Shown here piece by piece: positions 13,520 through 27,507 of a stretch of 64,000 nt of DNA. A program made the translations under genes and the position numbers. The notes beneath the pieces are model-generated. The model saw only the letters and a list, made by a program, of their open reading frames with translations, made no database searches and was not told the origin of the DNA. This DNA is from Octopus vulgaris. Its lineage: Eukaryota. Numbering within the stretch: position 1 is the stretch's first letter; the number at the start of each line of letters is the position of its first letter. The DNA is taken from assembly GCA_951406725.2 (NCBI GenBank), contig OX597821.1:69378001-69442000 (forward strand), read 5' to 3'.

Positions 13520-14200
13520 GTCTTAACACCTACCCCGCTTCTCACAACTGTCCCACCCTGTGTTGTCTGTCCTAACACCTGCCCATCTGACAACTGTCCC
13601 ACCTTGTATTGTTTGTCCTAGCAATTGCCCCTCTTCTCACAACTGTCCCACTATGTATTATTTGCCCTAACCCTTGCCCCTCTTCTCACAACTATCCTAC
13701 CTTGTATTGTTTGTCCTAACCCTTGCGCATCTTCTCACAACTGTTCCACCCTGTATTGTTTTCCTAACCCTTGCTCTTCTCAAAACTGTCTCACCTTATC
13801 CCAACTTGTATTGTTTGTCCTAACCCTTGCTCCTCTTCTCACAACTATCCTACCTTGTATTGTTTGGTCCTAACCCTTTCTCCTCTTCTCACAACTGTCC
13901 CACCTTGTATTGTTTGTCCTAACTCTTGCTCATCTTCTCACAACTATCCCACCTTGTATTGCTTGACCTAACTCTTGCTCCTCTTCTCACAACTGTCCCA
14001 CTTTGTATTGTTTGTCCTAACCCTTGCTCTTCTCACAACTGTCTCACCCTGTATTGTTTGTCCTAACCCTTGCCCCTCTTCTCAGAACTTCACAACTGTC
14101 CCACCATGTATTGTTTGTCCTAACCATTTCTCCTCTTCTCACAACTGTCTCACCCTATATTGTTTGTCCTAATTCCTGCACTTCTACTCACAACTGTCTT
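13520..14200. repeat. Minisatellite, ~41-42-bp unit, roughly 16 degenerate copies
   Basis: Repeated CCTTGTATTGTTTGTCCTAACCCTTGCTCCTCTTCTCACAACTGTCCCA-like unit. Confidence 0.9.
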
Positions 14201-14770
14201 GACTTATGTTTGCTTAGTCACCTGTCCTCTACATACAGCCATTCTATTCGTGAACTAAGGGGAACCTACTTATCTTAATCACTAGACCTGCTATAAATAG
14301 CTACCAGATCTCCCTCAACTTCCACCCAGTCACCTTAAAAATAAAGGCAGCACTGGATAATGAAATGCTGGATACATTATACAAGAAACAGAAAAAGGGT
14401 GTGATGAGCATATTTAGAAAGCCACGCATGTTACGACATTTTTTAAATTCCCAACTGTGATAATATCTTAGCCTTTATATATAGTGAAGGTAATAGAAGA
14501 CTCTTGAGTGTACCTTTCCTGGTATATTATAACACTGTTATAATAGACATCCGACGGTGTATTATTTATATCAGTATTATAGTGAACTTCTTCCTGATGC
14601 ATTATAATACTATCCTCCTCCCTTTTACCTTATGTAACTGTCATAGTGGACTTTATGAGTGGTTAAGTGCAAGTGGAGTGTCTAGTCGATAAAATACTTG
14701 CTCCAATGATATGAACACTTACAGGTTAACAAAGCCTTTGTATTTCTACTGATGACTTAGTGGTTCTTAA

Positions 14771-14992
14771 CCCTTTGCATTTCGATTTAGTCTTGACAGT
14801 CTATGGTGTGTACTGGTATTAAGCTGTTCAGTAACTGCATAATTTTACATACAAGGAACTTTACAGTGTATTTACAGATTGTTCTCAATGTGATATATTT
14901 GTAAACACGGTGCCACACAGAGCGAGACATCGCACTTCTCACACACACACAATGTTTCGATGCAGCCAGTACCACTTCCTGTCTGCAAGGGG
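14771..14992. mobile_element. piggyBac-type MITE (222 bp)
   Basis: TTAA|CCCTTTGCA ... TGCAAGGGG|TTAA. Confidence 0.65.
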
Positions 14993-17037
14993 TTAATCTA
15001 GGTTGTAGCACTCCTTTATGGATACTGTGAGTTTACAAGGAAGTGCTGCTATGTGTCTAGAAGAGTTGTGACTTTTTGGAAAATTTAAACCAAGAACAAC
15101 ACTTACGTTTTAAATATATTTTCCAAAAGCACCTTTGTCAGGATTAGTATATGAACCAGACATTGTGTTATCAGCTTGCAGAGTTATCACTGATGATGAT
15201 GCACCTAGGTCTGATACATTTTCGTTGTATAAGGCTTTGCCTTCTTTAGTACTTAAAGTCTGGTATTTATTATATTAGTCTCTTTTGTCAAAATACTAGT
15301 TATGGGATGTAAACAAACCAACACCAGTTGTCAAGCTGTTAGAAAGACGAACACAAAGACATACACACACACACGCACACAGACATATGCATATGTACAC
15401 ATATATGACAGGCAGCCATACAACTTCCATCTACCAAATTTACTCACAAAGCATCAATCAGTTTGGGGCTATTGCAGAAAACATTTATCTAAGGTGCTGT
15501 GCAGTGGGACTGAACCCAAAACCACGTGCTTGCAAAGTAAGTGTCTTAACCACAAAACTATGCTTGATGTTTAAAATATCTTAATATGATTAGGTTCCTT
15601 TTTTAGCTTGACCACAAAGTGGGGATGAAAAGATAGATGGTCATCATGTAAAAGGTTATTTCTTGGCTCCCTTCGTGTAGCCAGTTCTGGGTGTAAAGAA
15701 ATAAACCACAGTACATGGATGGTGCTTTATTCATCAACCCACAAAGAAATGAAAGGTAAAATTGGTCTTGGTGCAATTTGAACTCAGAAGGTCGTAACAA
15801 ATACTACATCTATCTATCTATCTATCTATCTATGTAATGTGTGTGTGTTTGTGCATGGTGCAGTTTCCTTGCCTTGACTTTGTGTGAGAGTTGCAAACAA
15901 GTGTCACCATCATGTAAGCAATGTCCTTCATTTCCAGTCTTATGTGAAAACATGTCTGGTCATGAGGAAATAATACCTTACTTGGAACACAAGAGATAAT
16001 TCATTACAAGGGCATTCAGCTGTAGAAAACCTGCTTCAACAAATTGTGTCTGGCCTATGTAAGCATTGAAAAGTGAACATTAAAATGATGATTCTGTCTA
16101 AATCTCAAATGATTTGTGTACAGATTATTATTATGTAAGCCTTTTTCAAATAGATATATGACATGTAGGTAATTAATTGAAAAACTAAGTACAAATATTT
16201 CTGTCTACCATTTGGCAGGAATCTTTAATAAGCCGCCCAAAATCTTCCTACAACTTCTACACTACTATACTATTTTTCATGTCATTCTCCTTTGTTAAAA
16301 TTACCTAATTTGAATTGTAGTATAAAAGTGATCAAATTTCTTCATTGTTCTTTTGCTCACTCATTTGACACAATGTACAAGCTACATACACTTACTCATA
16401 CAATACAGATAGAATCTGACATAAAAAAAAACCTCATTGAATGAAAAATTTCCATATAGAAACTTTTTAATTCTGTTGCTCTGCCCTCAAGATGCATGTC
16501 TTCTCTGCGTCTAAGCATGCCACACACTAACCTGAAATTTCTAATCCCTTGTACTATTGCTGGATAGTTGCTGGCCCCTCTGTTAGCTTCATCCATCCTT
16601 TTGACAAGTATTGTTCTAGTCCTGAGTTTCCAGCAACCCACCCCACCAGGTTAACTTAAGTAGGGGTGCCAGTTTAGTCATTAGCAACTTGGTTATGCAT
16701 CATACCAGACAAAAAGTTGTCAGTATCTTTTGTGAGTGACCTGATAATGTCTTACCATTCTGGGTTCAAATCCCAGTGGGGTCGACTTTGACTTTCTGCC
16801 TTTTAGAATCAATGTAATAATAACTAGCAATGACAAACTGTGATCGGTTCAAATAATCTTACAACCATTTCCTACAGATACATGTGACCATTGACCAAAA
16901 TTAAATAGCATCATTATTACAACTGTTATTAAAATAGAGACCAGATCCAATATGTGAGGAAGATATGTTGTTATGCTTACGACATTTCACCAAAGCAGCT
17001 TTTATGGAATTATTTAATCAGTTGCAATCAATAGTTA

Positions 17038-17490
17038 AAGGCAGCAAGTGAACAAAATTGTTAGCAGGTCAGACAAAATGCTTAGTGATATTTCTTCTAG
17101 CTCTTTGCATTCTGAGTTCCAATTCCACTGAGGTTAACTTGGCCCTTCATCCCTTTGTGGGGGGTGTGTATCAATAAAACAAAGTACCAGTCATATCACA
17201 AGGTCAGTGTAGTTGATTTTCCCCCTCTCCACCTTAAAATTGTCAGCCTTGACCTCTGCAACGAACCAGTGTCCCATCATCATCGTCATCATTGTTTAAT
17301 GTCCACCTTCCATGTTGGCATGGGTTGGACGGTTTGACTGAGGACTGGCAAGACAGGAGGCTGCACCAGGCTTCAATCTGATCTGGAGAGGTTTCTACAG
17401 CTGGATACCCTTTCTAACGCCAACCACTCCAAGAATATAGTTGGTGCTTTTTACATGCTACTGGCATGAGAACCAGTAAGGTGGTACTGG
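17038..17490. mobile_element. Degenerate SINE family 1 (+, ~17038-17250) and (GAT)n-tailed repeat (-, ~17277-17490)
   Basis: Similarity to copies at 3012 and 425. Confidence 0.65.
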
Positions 17491-19599
17491 CATCCCTGTT
17501 CAGGAGAAATGTAATCTCAGGTACTTATATGCCCTGGAACTCAGGCCTCGTATGAGGCCTAGAGCTTGCAACGAGGCAGGGAGAATCAGTAGTTAAAACT
17601 CCTTCAAAGCGCATCATGCATGTGTGTGGGACAAAGATAAAAAGTGGCTAAAGTACTTTTGATCGCTTGCGATTGATGTGAAGTGGACAACAACTAATAT
17701 ACAATATTTGAAACGAGCAATGAGCTAAGGCTGTGTTGGCTCATATTAATACAATTCCAGGTGCGCTAAAACTCCTATAATCTCTCTGATCCTACCTCAC
17801 TGAAATACGATTTTGGAAAAGATTCAACATGGAAGCCTCAACGTGGTCGTTTGGTCTACATGAAATGGCAACTCAGCATTCCTCAACGAACAAATGAAAT
17901 AATATAGTGATAGATATATTATGGCTGAAAAAAAAAAAGATTGATGGTCCTTGCTAGATCATTTTTTGATCATAGGGCTTTTGGTTAAGCAATTTTCAAA
18001 TTTTGATGCAAGGCCAGAAATTTTAGAAGGATGGCGTAAATAGCTTACATCGCCCTAGTACTTGACTAATGGTTATTTTCTTGACTTTAAAAGGATGAAA
18101 GGTAAAGCTTAGCTTCGTCGGGATTCGAACTCAGAACATAAGAAACCGGAGGAAATGCTGCAAAGTACTTCGTTCGCTGGCGATTCTGTCAAATTCACCA
18201 GCGCACAAAGTTATGAACCAAGGGAAGTAACTGTACGTACGAAGAGAAATAACTCGAACAAGTTTTTGTCAAAGATGTTTTGCAATGAAAACGAAATAAT
18301 TTGTATTTTTTTTAAATGGAGCCGATTTATTTGTTCGCAGATTATTACTGGCATTAAAATCACAAAACGATTTTGAGGATGAAAGCGATATAACAATGAC
18401 ACACAGAATCTGTTTTTTTCCAAAATACCCTAGTGCATATCCGATAATTATCAACGTAAACAACAAGGCCATGCATTAAGATCGGTCTCAGTATTTGACA
18501 CGTACTTCATTTTATACCCCTCAGATGGATGAAACGCAAAACAGAACTAGGCGAAATTCAAACTCAGAGCATAAACGAGACTCAAACGCTGAGTAATAAA
18601 GAAAACATAAGGTTGTTGTTTTTTAAATCTCACACATACACATGCAAACTCTTTAAAAGTAGATCCCATTAATAAGGCTAATTTTTTTAAAAAGTAGCTC
18701 AAAGATATAGCACCAGCAAATAGAGAATATAACTAATATAACGTAGTGTCAATTAGGGATTAGGTAAAATATCTGGAACCAGAGAGCTCTAATGACAATT
18801 TTCAGCAGTCACATCACTACACCCGATGTCGTAATTCGCTAGAATACTATCCATAGGGTCAAGAAAATCTGACCAATCACGACATGGCATGGGAATAGGT
18901 TCCAGCGACGATTTAATTTTTTTCAGGTTGAGTAGGCGTAGCTCTGGCCCTGGTAAAATTATAATTTCTTGGTTCCAATGAGTTAGGTATAACAGCAGAA
19001 AGAAATACAAGAAAACGAGTTGCAACTGACTTCCCCACTTTATTCAACCACTAACTGAATCGGTACAGAAAACTTTGGTACATACTGAATGATACTGTCT
19101 GAAGAAAATATACATATGGTTACCCATGCAGTTGGAACTTGGTAATATGAGCTTGACTAAACGGAACAGCAGCACGTCAAGGCTATCTACCAAATATCTC
19201 TCTTCTCTCTACCAAAATAGGAACTTAATTGTGCTTCCCATCTCACTGAAGGATAGTGGGAAAGATTCCTCTTTTTAAAGCTGATTAGGGACTCCAGTGA
19301 ACAAACATAATTTTCCTGTGCTAGGCTGGTCTGTCACGTGATTGGATGATAGCCCATGTAAAGTCAGAAAGACTTGATTGCAACCACATGTAGAAAACAC
19401 ACATGTGAGCTAATTTCTGGGTATTTAAAGCTAGACAGCTGAATGATAAATATACTTCTGTTACACATCTTTTGGCACACTTCCTTCTGAGCCTATCGAT
19501 CAGCATATATTTGGCACACTTTTTCTAGTTGACAAGGAGCAAACTAATTCCAAACACACATCCCAGACACACATTCATATACATGTACACGCATACAAC

Positions 19600-20478
19600 A
19601 TAGCTTTGAAGTGTTTTGTATTGGTAGAATTCACAGGTAATACCAAGATTTACTTGACAGAGATCACAACATTAATACTTCTAGCTCAACAAGCTGAATT
19701 CTAATCTGGCAGACCCACCATAAATCAACTTTTGAATCTCATTCAGCATACTGAGATGGGTTTCAGAAAGGACTAATAACAAAAGCCACCTTTGTTGATT
19801 TATCTGCCATGCAAGACACTGTGAATCACCACCTCCTTCAACAAAAGAGCTTGAAGTTGACAAAAGACCTGGTGCTTATGACCTTCATTGGAACCTCCCT
19901 GTAGATAGGTGACTTTTTGTTGTTTTGAACAACAAGCAAAATTACCAGCGACAACAAGGTAGTATACTAGGCTCTGTACTATATAACATCTATACTAATG
20001 ACCAGCCAATGAACCAGAAAACTGAGTGGTTTATTTATGCTGGCCACCTTTGTAGAAACAGTAGTAGAAGCAAACCTCAGGTGAACCCTAGATGATAACT
20101 TCTTTATTATGAATGCAACAGCCTATATGCCAACCCTGTGACTCAAGTCTGCTCATTTCATATTAAGAATCTTGAAGCCATTCATTCCTCTTAATGTCAA
20201 TGGTCTGGAAACACCCCTGCAGCACTATATCTCTCCTGTCTACTTTGGAGTAACCTCGAACTGCATTCTCTCTCTCCTTGTTGAAAACATGAAATTAAAA
20301 GTTGGTTCCCAAAGCAACATTCAGCAGAAACTAGTCATCTCCAAATGGGGAGCCACTGCACACACATTAGGGTCTCCTGATCTGGCCTCATGCTATTCCT
20401 CTGTGGAATATGCATGTCCTGTCTGGGAGAAATCAATCCATGCCAAGGAACTTGGCCTAGCATTGAGCAATATCTGCC
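19600..20478 (+). mobile_element. Decayed non-LTR retrotransposon RT fragment (Ingi/Vingi-like)
   Basis: Broken-frame motifs QGSILGSVLYNIYTNDQP...FIYA and KWGATAHTL...CYSSVEYACPVWEKSIH; interrupted by a SINE head at 20480. Confidence 0.6.
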
Positions 20479-20479
20479 A

Positions 20480-20604
20480 CTGTGGAGGCGCAATGGCCCA
20501 GTGGTTAGGGCAGCAGACTCACGGTTGTAAGAATACAGTTTCGATTCCCAGACCAGGCATTGTGAGTGTTTATTGAGCAAAAACACCTAAGCTCCACGAG
20601 GCTC
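20480..20604 (+). mobile_element. 5' part of tRNA-derived SINE family 3
   Basis: Same head as the full copy at 62964-63348 (GGAGGCGCAATGGCCCAGTGGTTAGGGCAGC...GTTTCGATTCCC). Confidence 0.8.
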
Positions 20605-20639
20605 AGTACAATTTATTTGGGAAAGAATTCATTTTTGAT

Positions 20640-20715
20640 GCTCTGATGAAACTATAAGGTATTAAGATGCTCAACTATGAGTCCACTGTACGCTGTAGCT
20701 GAAACAGCTGTAAGC
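20640..20715 (+). ncRNA. Type I hammerhead ribozyme motif (minimal stem III)
   Basis: GCT-CTGATGA-[AACTATA...TGTAGCT]-GAAA-C(AGCT)G-TA/AGC; predicted GUA cleavage after 20712; stem I only 3 bp. Confidence 0.6.
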
Positions 20716-20807
20716 TAATAAGATTCATAAGATAGTTATTTATTCTTTTGTCATCTCTCTTCCTTAAATATATATATATAAGGAAGAGAGATGACAAATA
20801 TATATGT

Positions 20808-21142
20808 GAAGGTGCATGGCTCAGTGGTTAAAGCGTTGAGCTTACGATTGTGAGGTTGTGAGCTCGAATCCCGGACCGGGCTGCATGTTGTGTTCTTGAG
20901 CAAGACACTTATTTCATGCTGCTCCAGTTCACTCAGCTGTAGAAATGAGTTGCGATGTCACAGGTGCCAAGCTGTATCGGCCTTTGCCTTTCCCTTGGAT
21001 AATACTGGTGGCATGGAGAAGGGAGGCCGGCATGCATGGGCGGCTGCTGGTCTTCCATAAACAACCTTGCGTGGACTTGTTCCTAGGAGGGTAACTTTCA
21101 AGGTGCAATCCCATGGTCTGTGCTGTGACCGAAGGGGGTCTC
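20808..21142 (+). mobile_element. tRNA-derived SINE family 4 (CORE-like)
   Basis: TGGCTCAGTGGTTAAAGCG A box, GCTCGAATCCC B box, TTCTTGAGCAAGACACTT core-like block; degenerate relative near 29735-29860. Confidence 0.75.
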
Positions 21143-21199
21143 AGAATATATATATACATATATAAAGTATGTGTATGTGTGTGTGGATATTTGGAAATA

Positions 21200-21836
21200 T
21201 GATGTGCTTGAGAAGACCCGGCAAACTAAGTGAGACCATAACCTGTGGCCTATGCCAGTGGTGTAACCAGCCCACTTAGGCATACCTTTCTTTCATTGGA
21301 CACTAAACTCTGCTTGCGAAGACCTGTTGAAGCAAGTGAAATCGAAATCAAATTCGGTGACAGCACTGCATGACTGGCATCCACGCTAGTGGAGTGCTAA
21401 GAGCACCTTTCGAGCATGATCGTTGCCAGTGCTGTTGACTGGCCCCCGTGCTGGTGGTATGCAAAAAGCACCATTTGAGCATGATCGTTACCGGTGTCGC
21501 CTTAGTGGCACTTGTGCTGGTGGTACATGGTAAACAACATTCGAACGAGGGCGTTGCCAGTGCCGCTGGACTGGCTCCTGTGCAGGTGACACGTAAAAAC
21601 ACCATTTGAGTGTGGCTGTTGCCAGTACCACCTGACTGGCCCTCATGCCGGTTGCATGTAAAAACACCCACTGCACTCTCGGAGTTGTTGGCATTAGGAT
21701 GGGCATCCAGCTGTAGAAACTCTGCCAGATCAGATTGGAGCCTGGTGCAGCCATCTGGTTAGCCTGTCCTCAGTCGAACCGTCCAACCCATGCCAGCATG
21801 GAAAGTGGACGTTAAACGATGATGATGATGATGATG
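21200..21836 (+). mobile_element. SINE-like repeat with internal tandem subrepeats and (GAT)n tail
   Basis: Internal repeats of GCTGGTGGCACGTAAAAAGCACCATTCGAGCGTG-like units; ends GGACGTTAAAC(GAT)n; second copy at 31065-31540. Confidence 0.75.
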
Positions 21837-22154
21837 TGAGTATGTGTATGTTTGTGCCTCTTTGCCTTGACATTGTGGGTTAAGTGTAAATGAGTGTCAC
21901 TATCATCATGTAAGCGGTGTCATTTCTTTCTAATATTCTGTGAAAACATGTTTAGCAATGGAGTAACATTACTTTACTTGCAAACGGGTGAAAGTTGATG
22001 ACTGGAGGGGCATCTAGCCATAGAAAATCTGCTTTAATAAACTCCATTCAATGCAACCATGGATGAGTGGATGCTAAACCAACGATGACGACGACGACGA
22101 TGATGATGATGATGATGAAAGTGTATTAAATTATTTTGTTATGTAGAAGAGGGG

Positions 22155-22512
22155 AAATTTTGGCTGTGTGGTAAGTAGCTTGCTTACCAACCACATGGTT
22201 CCAAGTTCAGTCCCACTGCGTGGCACCTTGGGCAATGTCATCTACTATAGCCTCAGGCAGATCAAAGCCCTGTGAGTGGATTTGGTTGACGGAAACTGTG
22301 TATGTATATGTTTTTGTGTCTGTGTTTGTGCCCCCAACATGACTTGGCAACCGATGCTGGTGTGTTTACATTCCCATAACTTAGTGGTTCAGCAAAAGAG
22401 ACCGATAGAATAAGTACTAGGCTAACAAAGAATAAGTCCTGGGGTCGATTTGCTCGACTAAAGGCGGTGATCCAGCATGGCCGCAGTCAAATTACTGAAA
22501 CAAGTAAAAGAG
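22155..22512 (+). mobile_element. SINE family 2, with LINE-shared 3' tail
   Basis: Ends GGCGGTGATCCAGCATGGCCGCAGTCAAATTACTGAAACAAGTAAAAGA, similar to the LINE 3' end at 49880-49939. Confidence 0.85.
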
Positions 22513-22534
22513 TATTCCAGCTAAGGCACTACAT

Positions 22535-22591
<57 letters not shown>

Positions 22592-22735
22592 AGAGAGAAA
22601 CAAAATGTTCATTAATTATGATTTATCTCACTTCTGTTTTCATGGTTTGTAATTAGAATTTAGCAGAAGACAACTAAAATAGCATGGAATCTCCAAAGTA
22701 ACGTTACTGTTTAGCCCTAGGCTTGCCATGATTAA

Positions 22736-22953
22736 CCCTTTAGCATTCAGATTAAATTATATTATAATTCTTATTTATCGACATTGTTTTGAATTAATCA
22801 GGCATTATTTTGTACCTTTGAGATTTTGATGGTGTGATTGTATATTCTTTGTATGACATTGTATGGTAGGTGTGAGAGACCCAATCTGGTTGGTTAGAAC
22901 ATGAAGCATGCAAAATATTTTGGTTGGACCTGAGCAGTTTCAATACTAAAAGA
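22736..22953. mobile_element. Degenerate piggyBac-type MITE
   Basis: TTAA|CCCTTTAGCATT ... AATACTAAAAGA|TTAA. Confidence 0.5.
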
Positions 22954-23547
22954 TTAAGCTGATTTATAACCAAAATTGTTCCAGCAGTAATTACCCCCAG
23001 CTTTTAATTGAACCATTTATTCAACAGGTCTTTTTTTTTATAAAGATGTTAGTGTTAACACTTCCAATGAGATTTTGGTGCTTTTTCTTGCAGATTAAGC
23101 AACCACATAGGGGCTTTTTTTTCTATTAATGCAACAATAATATAGTGAGTAGGTTGGAATTTCACAAATGATAATAAAAAATATTTTAAAGCACAGACTA
23201 TATAGGGACAATGGTTTCTTTATCTTGTCTCCATCACACAAATGTTAGTAATTGGGTAGTGCCATTTAACAAAATTCTAAATTTATTTCCATTGAAACAA
23301 ATTAGATGGCAGCAGTTGTTTTATTACAATTGTTGTTGCTTAACCTTCAAGTCAACCCCCAATGTGTAAACTTATCATCAAAAGCATTACATTTACGATC
23401 ATCCTGTCATGTTTTTCTTCTGACATAAATAGTTTATTCAGTGCTGCATTATTTAATGCAACCTTCTTTTATATCATGCAAACATGGAGACACTCTCATA
23501 TATACGAGAATGTATCTGCATGATCTCTATGACATCTGCTTTGGAGC

Positions 23548-23581
<34 letters not shown>

Positions 23582-24029
23582 TTTTATTTATTCTTTTTAT
23601 CTTTTACTTGTTTCAGTCATTAGACTACAGCCATGAAGGAGTACCACCTTCAAACGTCTAATCAAACAAATCGACCCCAATACCTATTTTTTAAGTCTGA
23701 TACGTACTCTATCAGTCTATTTTGCCAAGTTGCTAAGTTACAGCAACATAAACAAACCAACACCGGTTGTGAAGAAGTGGGTGGGAGTGGGGACACAAAC
23801 ACACATACACACACACATGTATACATGTACAAGATAGTCTTCTACAAAGTTTCTTTCTACTAAACCCACTCGCAGTGGAACTGAACCTCAAACCATGTGG
23901 TTGCAAAGCAAATTTCTCAACCACACAGCCATGCCTGTGCCGTATATATCTATATATGTTTGCATGTACAAATGAAGAGAAATATATTATATATGTATAT
24001 ATATGATGGACTCTCCAGTCAGTTTCAAT

Positions 24030-24745
24030 GTATGAGGCTCCAACAACATACTTTTTCTTTGTCAGTCATAATGCTTATGTCAAATGTGACATTTAAGTTC
24101 CACCAACAATTTGCAAAGAAGGCCACAATGTTGCAAGTATGAGGATTACAGATCAGTGCAGGTTGCATATTTGCAACTACTTTTCTCCTTTGGCTTGCAC
24201 CCTGAAGCCTGTTAATGCAGGTTGCAACAAAGTTTTTAATACCATTTTGACACATTGATCTCCATTTTGTTTGTACCAAGGCTGTTCGCTCAAAGGTCTT
24301 GTGAGCTATTTTCAGCACTAACAGGTTACTCTTCAGCTTGTCCTTATATCTGAGCCATGGTCAACCAGCATTCCTGTGTCCACTCTCAAACTGGCTGTAC
24401 ATGAAAACTTTGGGTATTCTTTCATCACTCATACTGATAACATGGCCTGCCCAGCACAATTTTGATTGTATAAGGAAGCTCTCAATTCCACCAATATTAC
24501 ACTTGCTAAACAAGTTGGCATTAGAGAATTTGTCTTTTAGTGAATAACTGCAGATAGTCCTCAGTCAGTCTTTGTAGAAGATGTCTAATTGGCTAATGTG
24601 TCATCTAAAGGGTATCCACAATTCTGAGCCACACAAGAAAATAGTAAGAATGGCTACTTTAAAGACCTGTACTTTGGTGTCAAGTTCGATGCCCCTTTCA
24701 TTCCATAGAGGATGACGGAGTTTGCCAAAAGCATTAGTTGCCTTT
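24030..24745 (-). mobile_element. RTE-clade LINE 3' remnant
   Basis: Minus-strand motifs WAGHVI..PKVFMYSQFESGHRNAG*PWLRYKDKLK typical of the RTE C-terminus; many stops. Confidence 0.65.
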
Positions 24746-25045
24746 GATGAAAATTTTCAAACAAATTTTTCAAAAATTTTGCTGAAAATTTTCAAAAGTT
24801 CTGATGAAAATTTTCAGAAATAGTCTCAAAACTTTTTATTGATAATTTTCAGGAAACTTTTCAAAAATTTTTATGAAAATTTCCAGAAATATTTTCAAAA
24901 ATTTTGATGAAAATTTTCAGAAACTTTTCAAAAATCTTAATAAAAATTTTCAAAAACCTATTCAAAAATTTTGATAAAAATTTTCAAAAAAATTTCCAAA
25001 ATTTTGATGAAAATTGTCAGAAAACTTTTCAAAAATTTTGATGAG
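24746..25045. repeat. AT-rich minisatellite (~32-33-bp unit)
   Basis: Repeated GATGAAAATTTTCAGAAACTTTTCAAAAATTTT-like unit. Confidence 0.85.
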
Positions 25046-26917
25046 TGTGTTAAATAATAAGGCACTAAAAGAGAATGACTCTCCCCAGAAACAACAGAAT
25101 ATACACTGTTTTCGCTAATTACTCTTTCACTCACTTTTGCTACTTTCAGTTATTTGACTGCGGCTATGTTGGAGCACAAACTATATATTTACGATAACTA
25201 CATATTGAGGGGAGATAACTACAAAATATCTTCTAGAGTTACTTCCCTTGGATATAATAATTTAATAACAATAATAAATATGTAAGGAAACTAGCTCAAG
25301 AATATAATTTGTAATTATATCTCTTAAATATGACGGGAGATAACTACAATATACATTCTAGAGTATGACTATATTAGTAACGTTATTCAATTATAATATG
25401 CAAGGGATGTAACTCTACAAGGTATTTTGTACTATAATGAAGAGGTGACGTACACAATTACTCTTTTCCTTGTTTGTCTCAGTTGACTGTGCCCATGCTG
25501 GAGTACTGCCTTTTGTCGAGCAAATCGACACCAGGACTTATTCTTTCTAAGTCTAGTATTATTCCATTTGTCCCCTTTGCCGAACTGCTAATTTACGGGA
25601 GCGTAAACACCACAGCATCAGTTGTGAAGCAGTTTTGGGGACACAGAAACATACACACACACACACACATACATACACATATATATTCATATATTCGACG
25701 GGCTTCTTTCTATTTCCATGTACCAAACCCACTCAAAAACTTTGGTCTGTCCGAGGCTATATTAGAAGACACTTGCCCATGGTGCTACGTAGTGGGACTG
25801 AACCAAAAGCCATGTGGTTGGTAAGCAAGCTACATACCACACAGCCACTCTTACGCCTATATATTTACATATACATATATACGACATTCTTCTTTCAGTG
25901 TGTGAGTGTAACTGTATTTTCATTTCTATGTGTGTGTGAGTCAGTGTTTTCATTTCTTTGTGTTCGAGTGTGTGCGTGTGTAGGTGTGTAACTGTGTGTT
26001 TTCATTTCTGTGTTTGTCTGTGTGTGTGAGTGTTTGTGTGTGTAGCTGTGTATTTTCATTTCTATGTGTGTGTGTGTGTGTTTGTGCGTATGTGAGTGTG
26101 TGTGTGTGTGTGTGTGTGAGTATTTTTTTTTTCAGTGTTTGTGTGTGTGGGACTCTTTTTATTTATGTGTGTGTGTGAATGTGTGTGTGGGTATTTTCAT
26201 TTCAGTGTTTGTGTGTGTGTGTGAGAGTGTTTTTATTTCTGTGTGTACGTGTGTGTGAGCGACTGAATGTTTTTATTTGTTTGTGTGTGTGCGACAATTA
26301 CAGCTACAACAAACATTTTAACCATCTTTAAGATACCCACAGTTGCAGATTACTAACTACTAAATGAAAAGAAGTTCAATTTATTCCACCTTTAGTGACT
26401 TCAGATGTTGCTCATATTTTTCTCATATGGCGACAATGTATTAATTTCACAAGTGGATAAAGGAAATTCTCATACTGGCGTGGAGGGGGCTGATATTCTA
26501 TTTGCGAGTGTTAAGCACCCAATGACCCCGTATCTACATACCTGGATAGGCCATGATTGGTCTCATTCGGAGATCTCTCGGGTGTGGAATATTTATGACT
26601 ATAGAAGTTAACTTGTTTATAAGGCTTCGTTTCTGGCCTCACTTTTGTAGATTTTGGGAAGTAATTTGTCTCCTTTTTTGTTAAATATTGTTGGAACTGG
26701 TGAATAAGAGTAAACAGTTTGGTCGTTATCTTCGATTGACTGTAGTTGTTGATGTTTTTAACCGATGCTGGTGTGTTTTACTTCCTGTATTTTAGCGGTT
26801 CGTCAAAAGAGAATAAGTTATAAGTTAGTATAAATACTAGGCTTACAAAGAATAAGTGTTGCGGACGATGTGCTCGACTAAAGGCGGTGCTCCAGCATTT
26901 ATATATACATATTTATG

Positions 26918-26997
<80 letters not shown>

Positions 26998-27507
26998 TAT
27001 ACGTGTATATACCCACACACGCATATATACTATCTAAAACAAAAAAGAAACTTGATTATGTCCGAAGGGTAGTACTAGATAACATTATTACTTTATATAT
27101 TTGTGGGGTGTAATGAAATGTAAATGATCAGCTAGTCAATGTTTATTTGTTAAAGGTACCAGCAGATTACTTGGATGTGTATGTATGTCTGTTGGTGCGC
27201 GCATGCTCGTGTCCCCTTTCGCAGGCGTAAAACGAACACACCTATTACAGAAATTACAACATGAAACGTATTATATGACGTTAGGGAAGTAACTCTAGGA
27301 GATATTTTCAAGCCAAGTAATATTGCAATAGTGACAGATACTAGTGTCACACAAACGGCACCCATGCCGATGGCATGTAAAAGAACCCATTACACTCTTG
27401 GAGTAGTTGGTATTAGGAGGGGGATCTAACCATAGAAACCTTGCCAAATCAGATGGAGTTTGGTATAGCCTTCCAGCTTGCCAGCCCTGGTCTGATGATG
27501 ATATATA

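Noticed and set aside
13520-14200. CRISPR-like array
   Set aside because: Contiguous degenerate tandem units without unique spacers, in eukaryotic DNA.
24795-24830. CTGATGA...GAAATAGTC inside the minisatellite
   Set aside because: Chance match produced by the repeat unit; stems I and III do not pair. Similar failures at 5392(-), 56113, 58564(-) and 59733.
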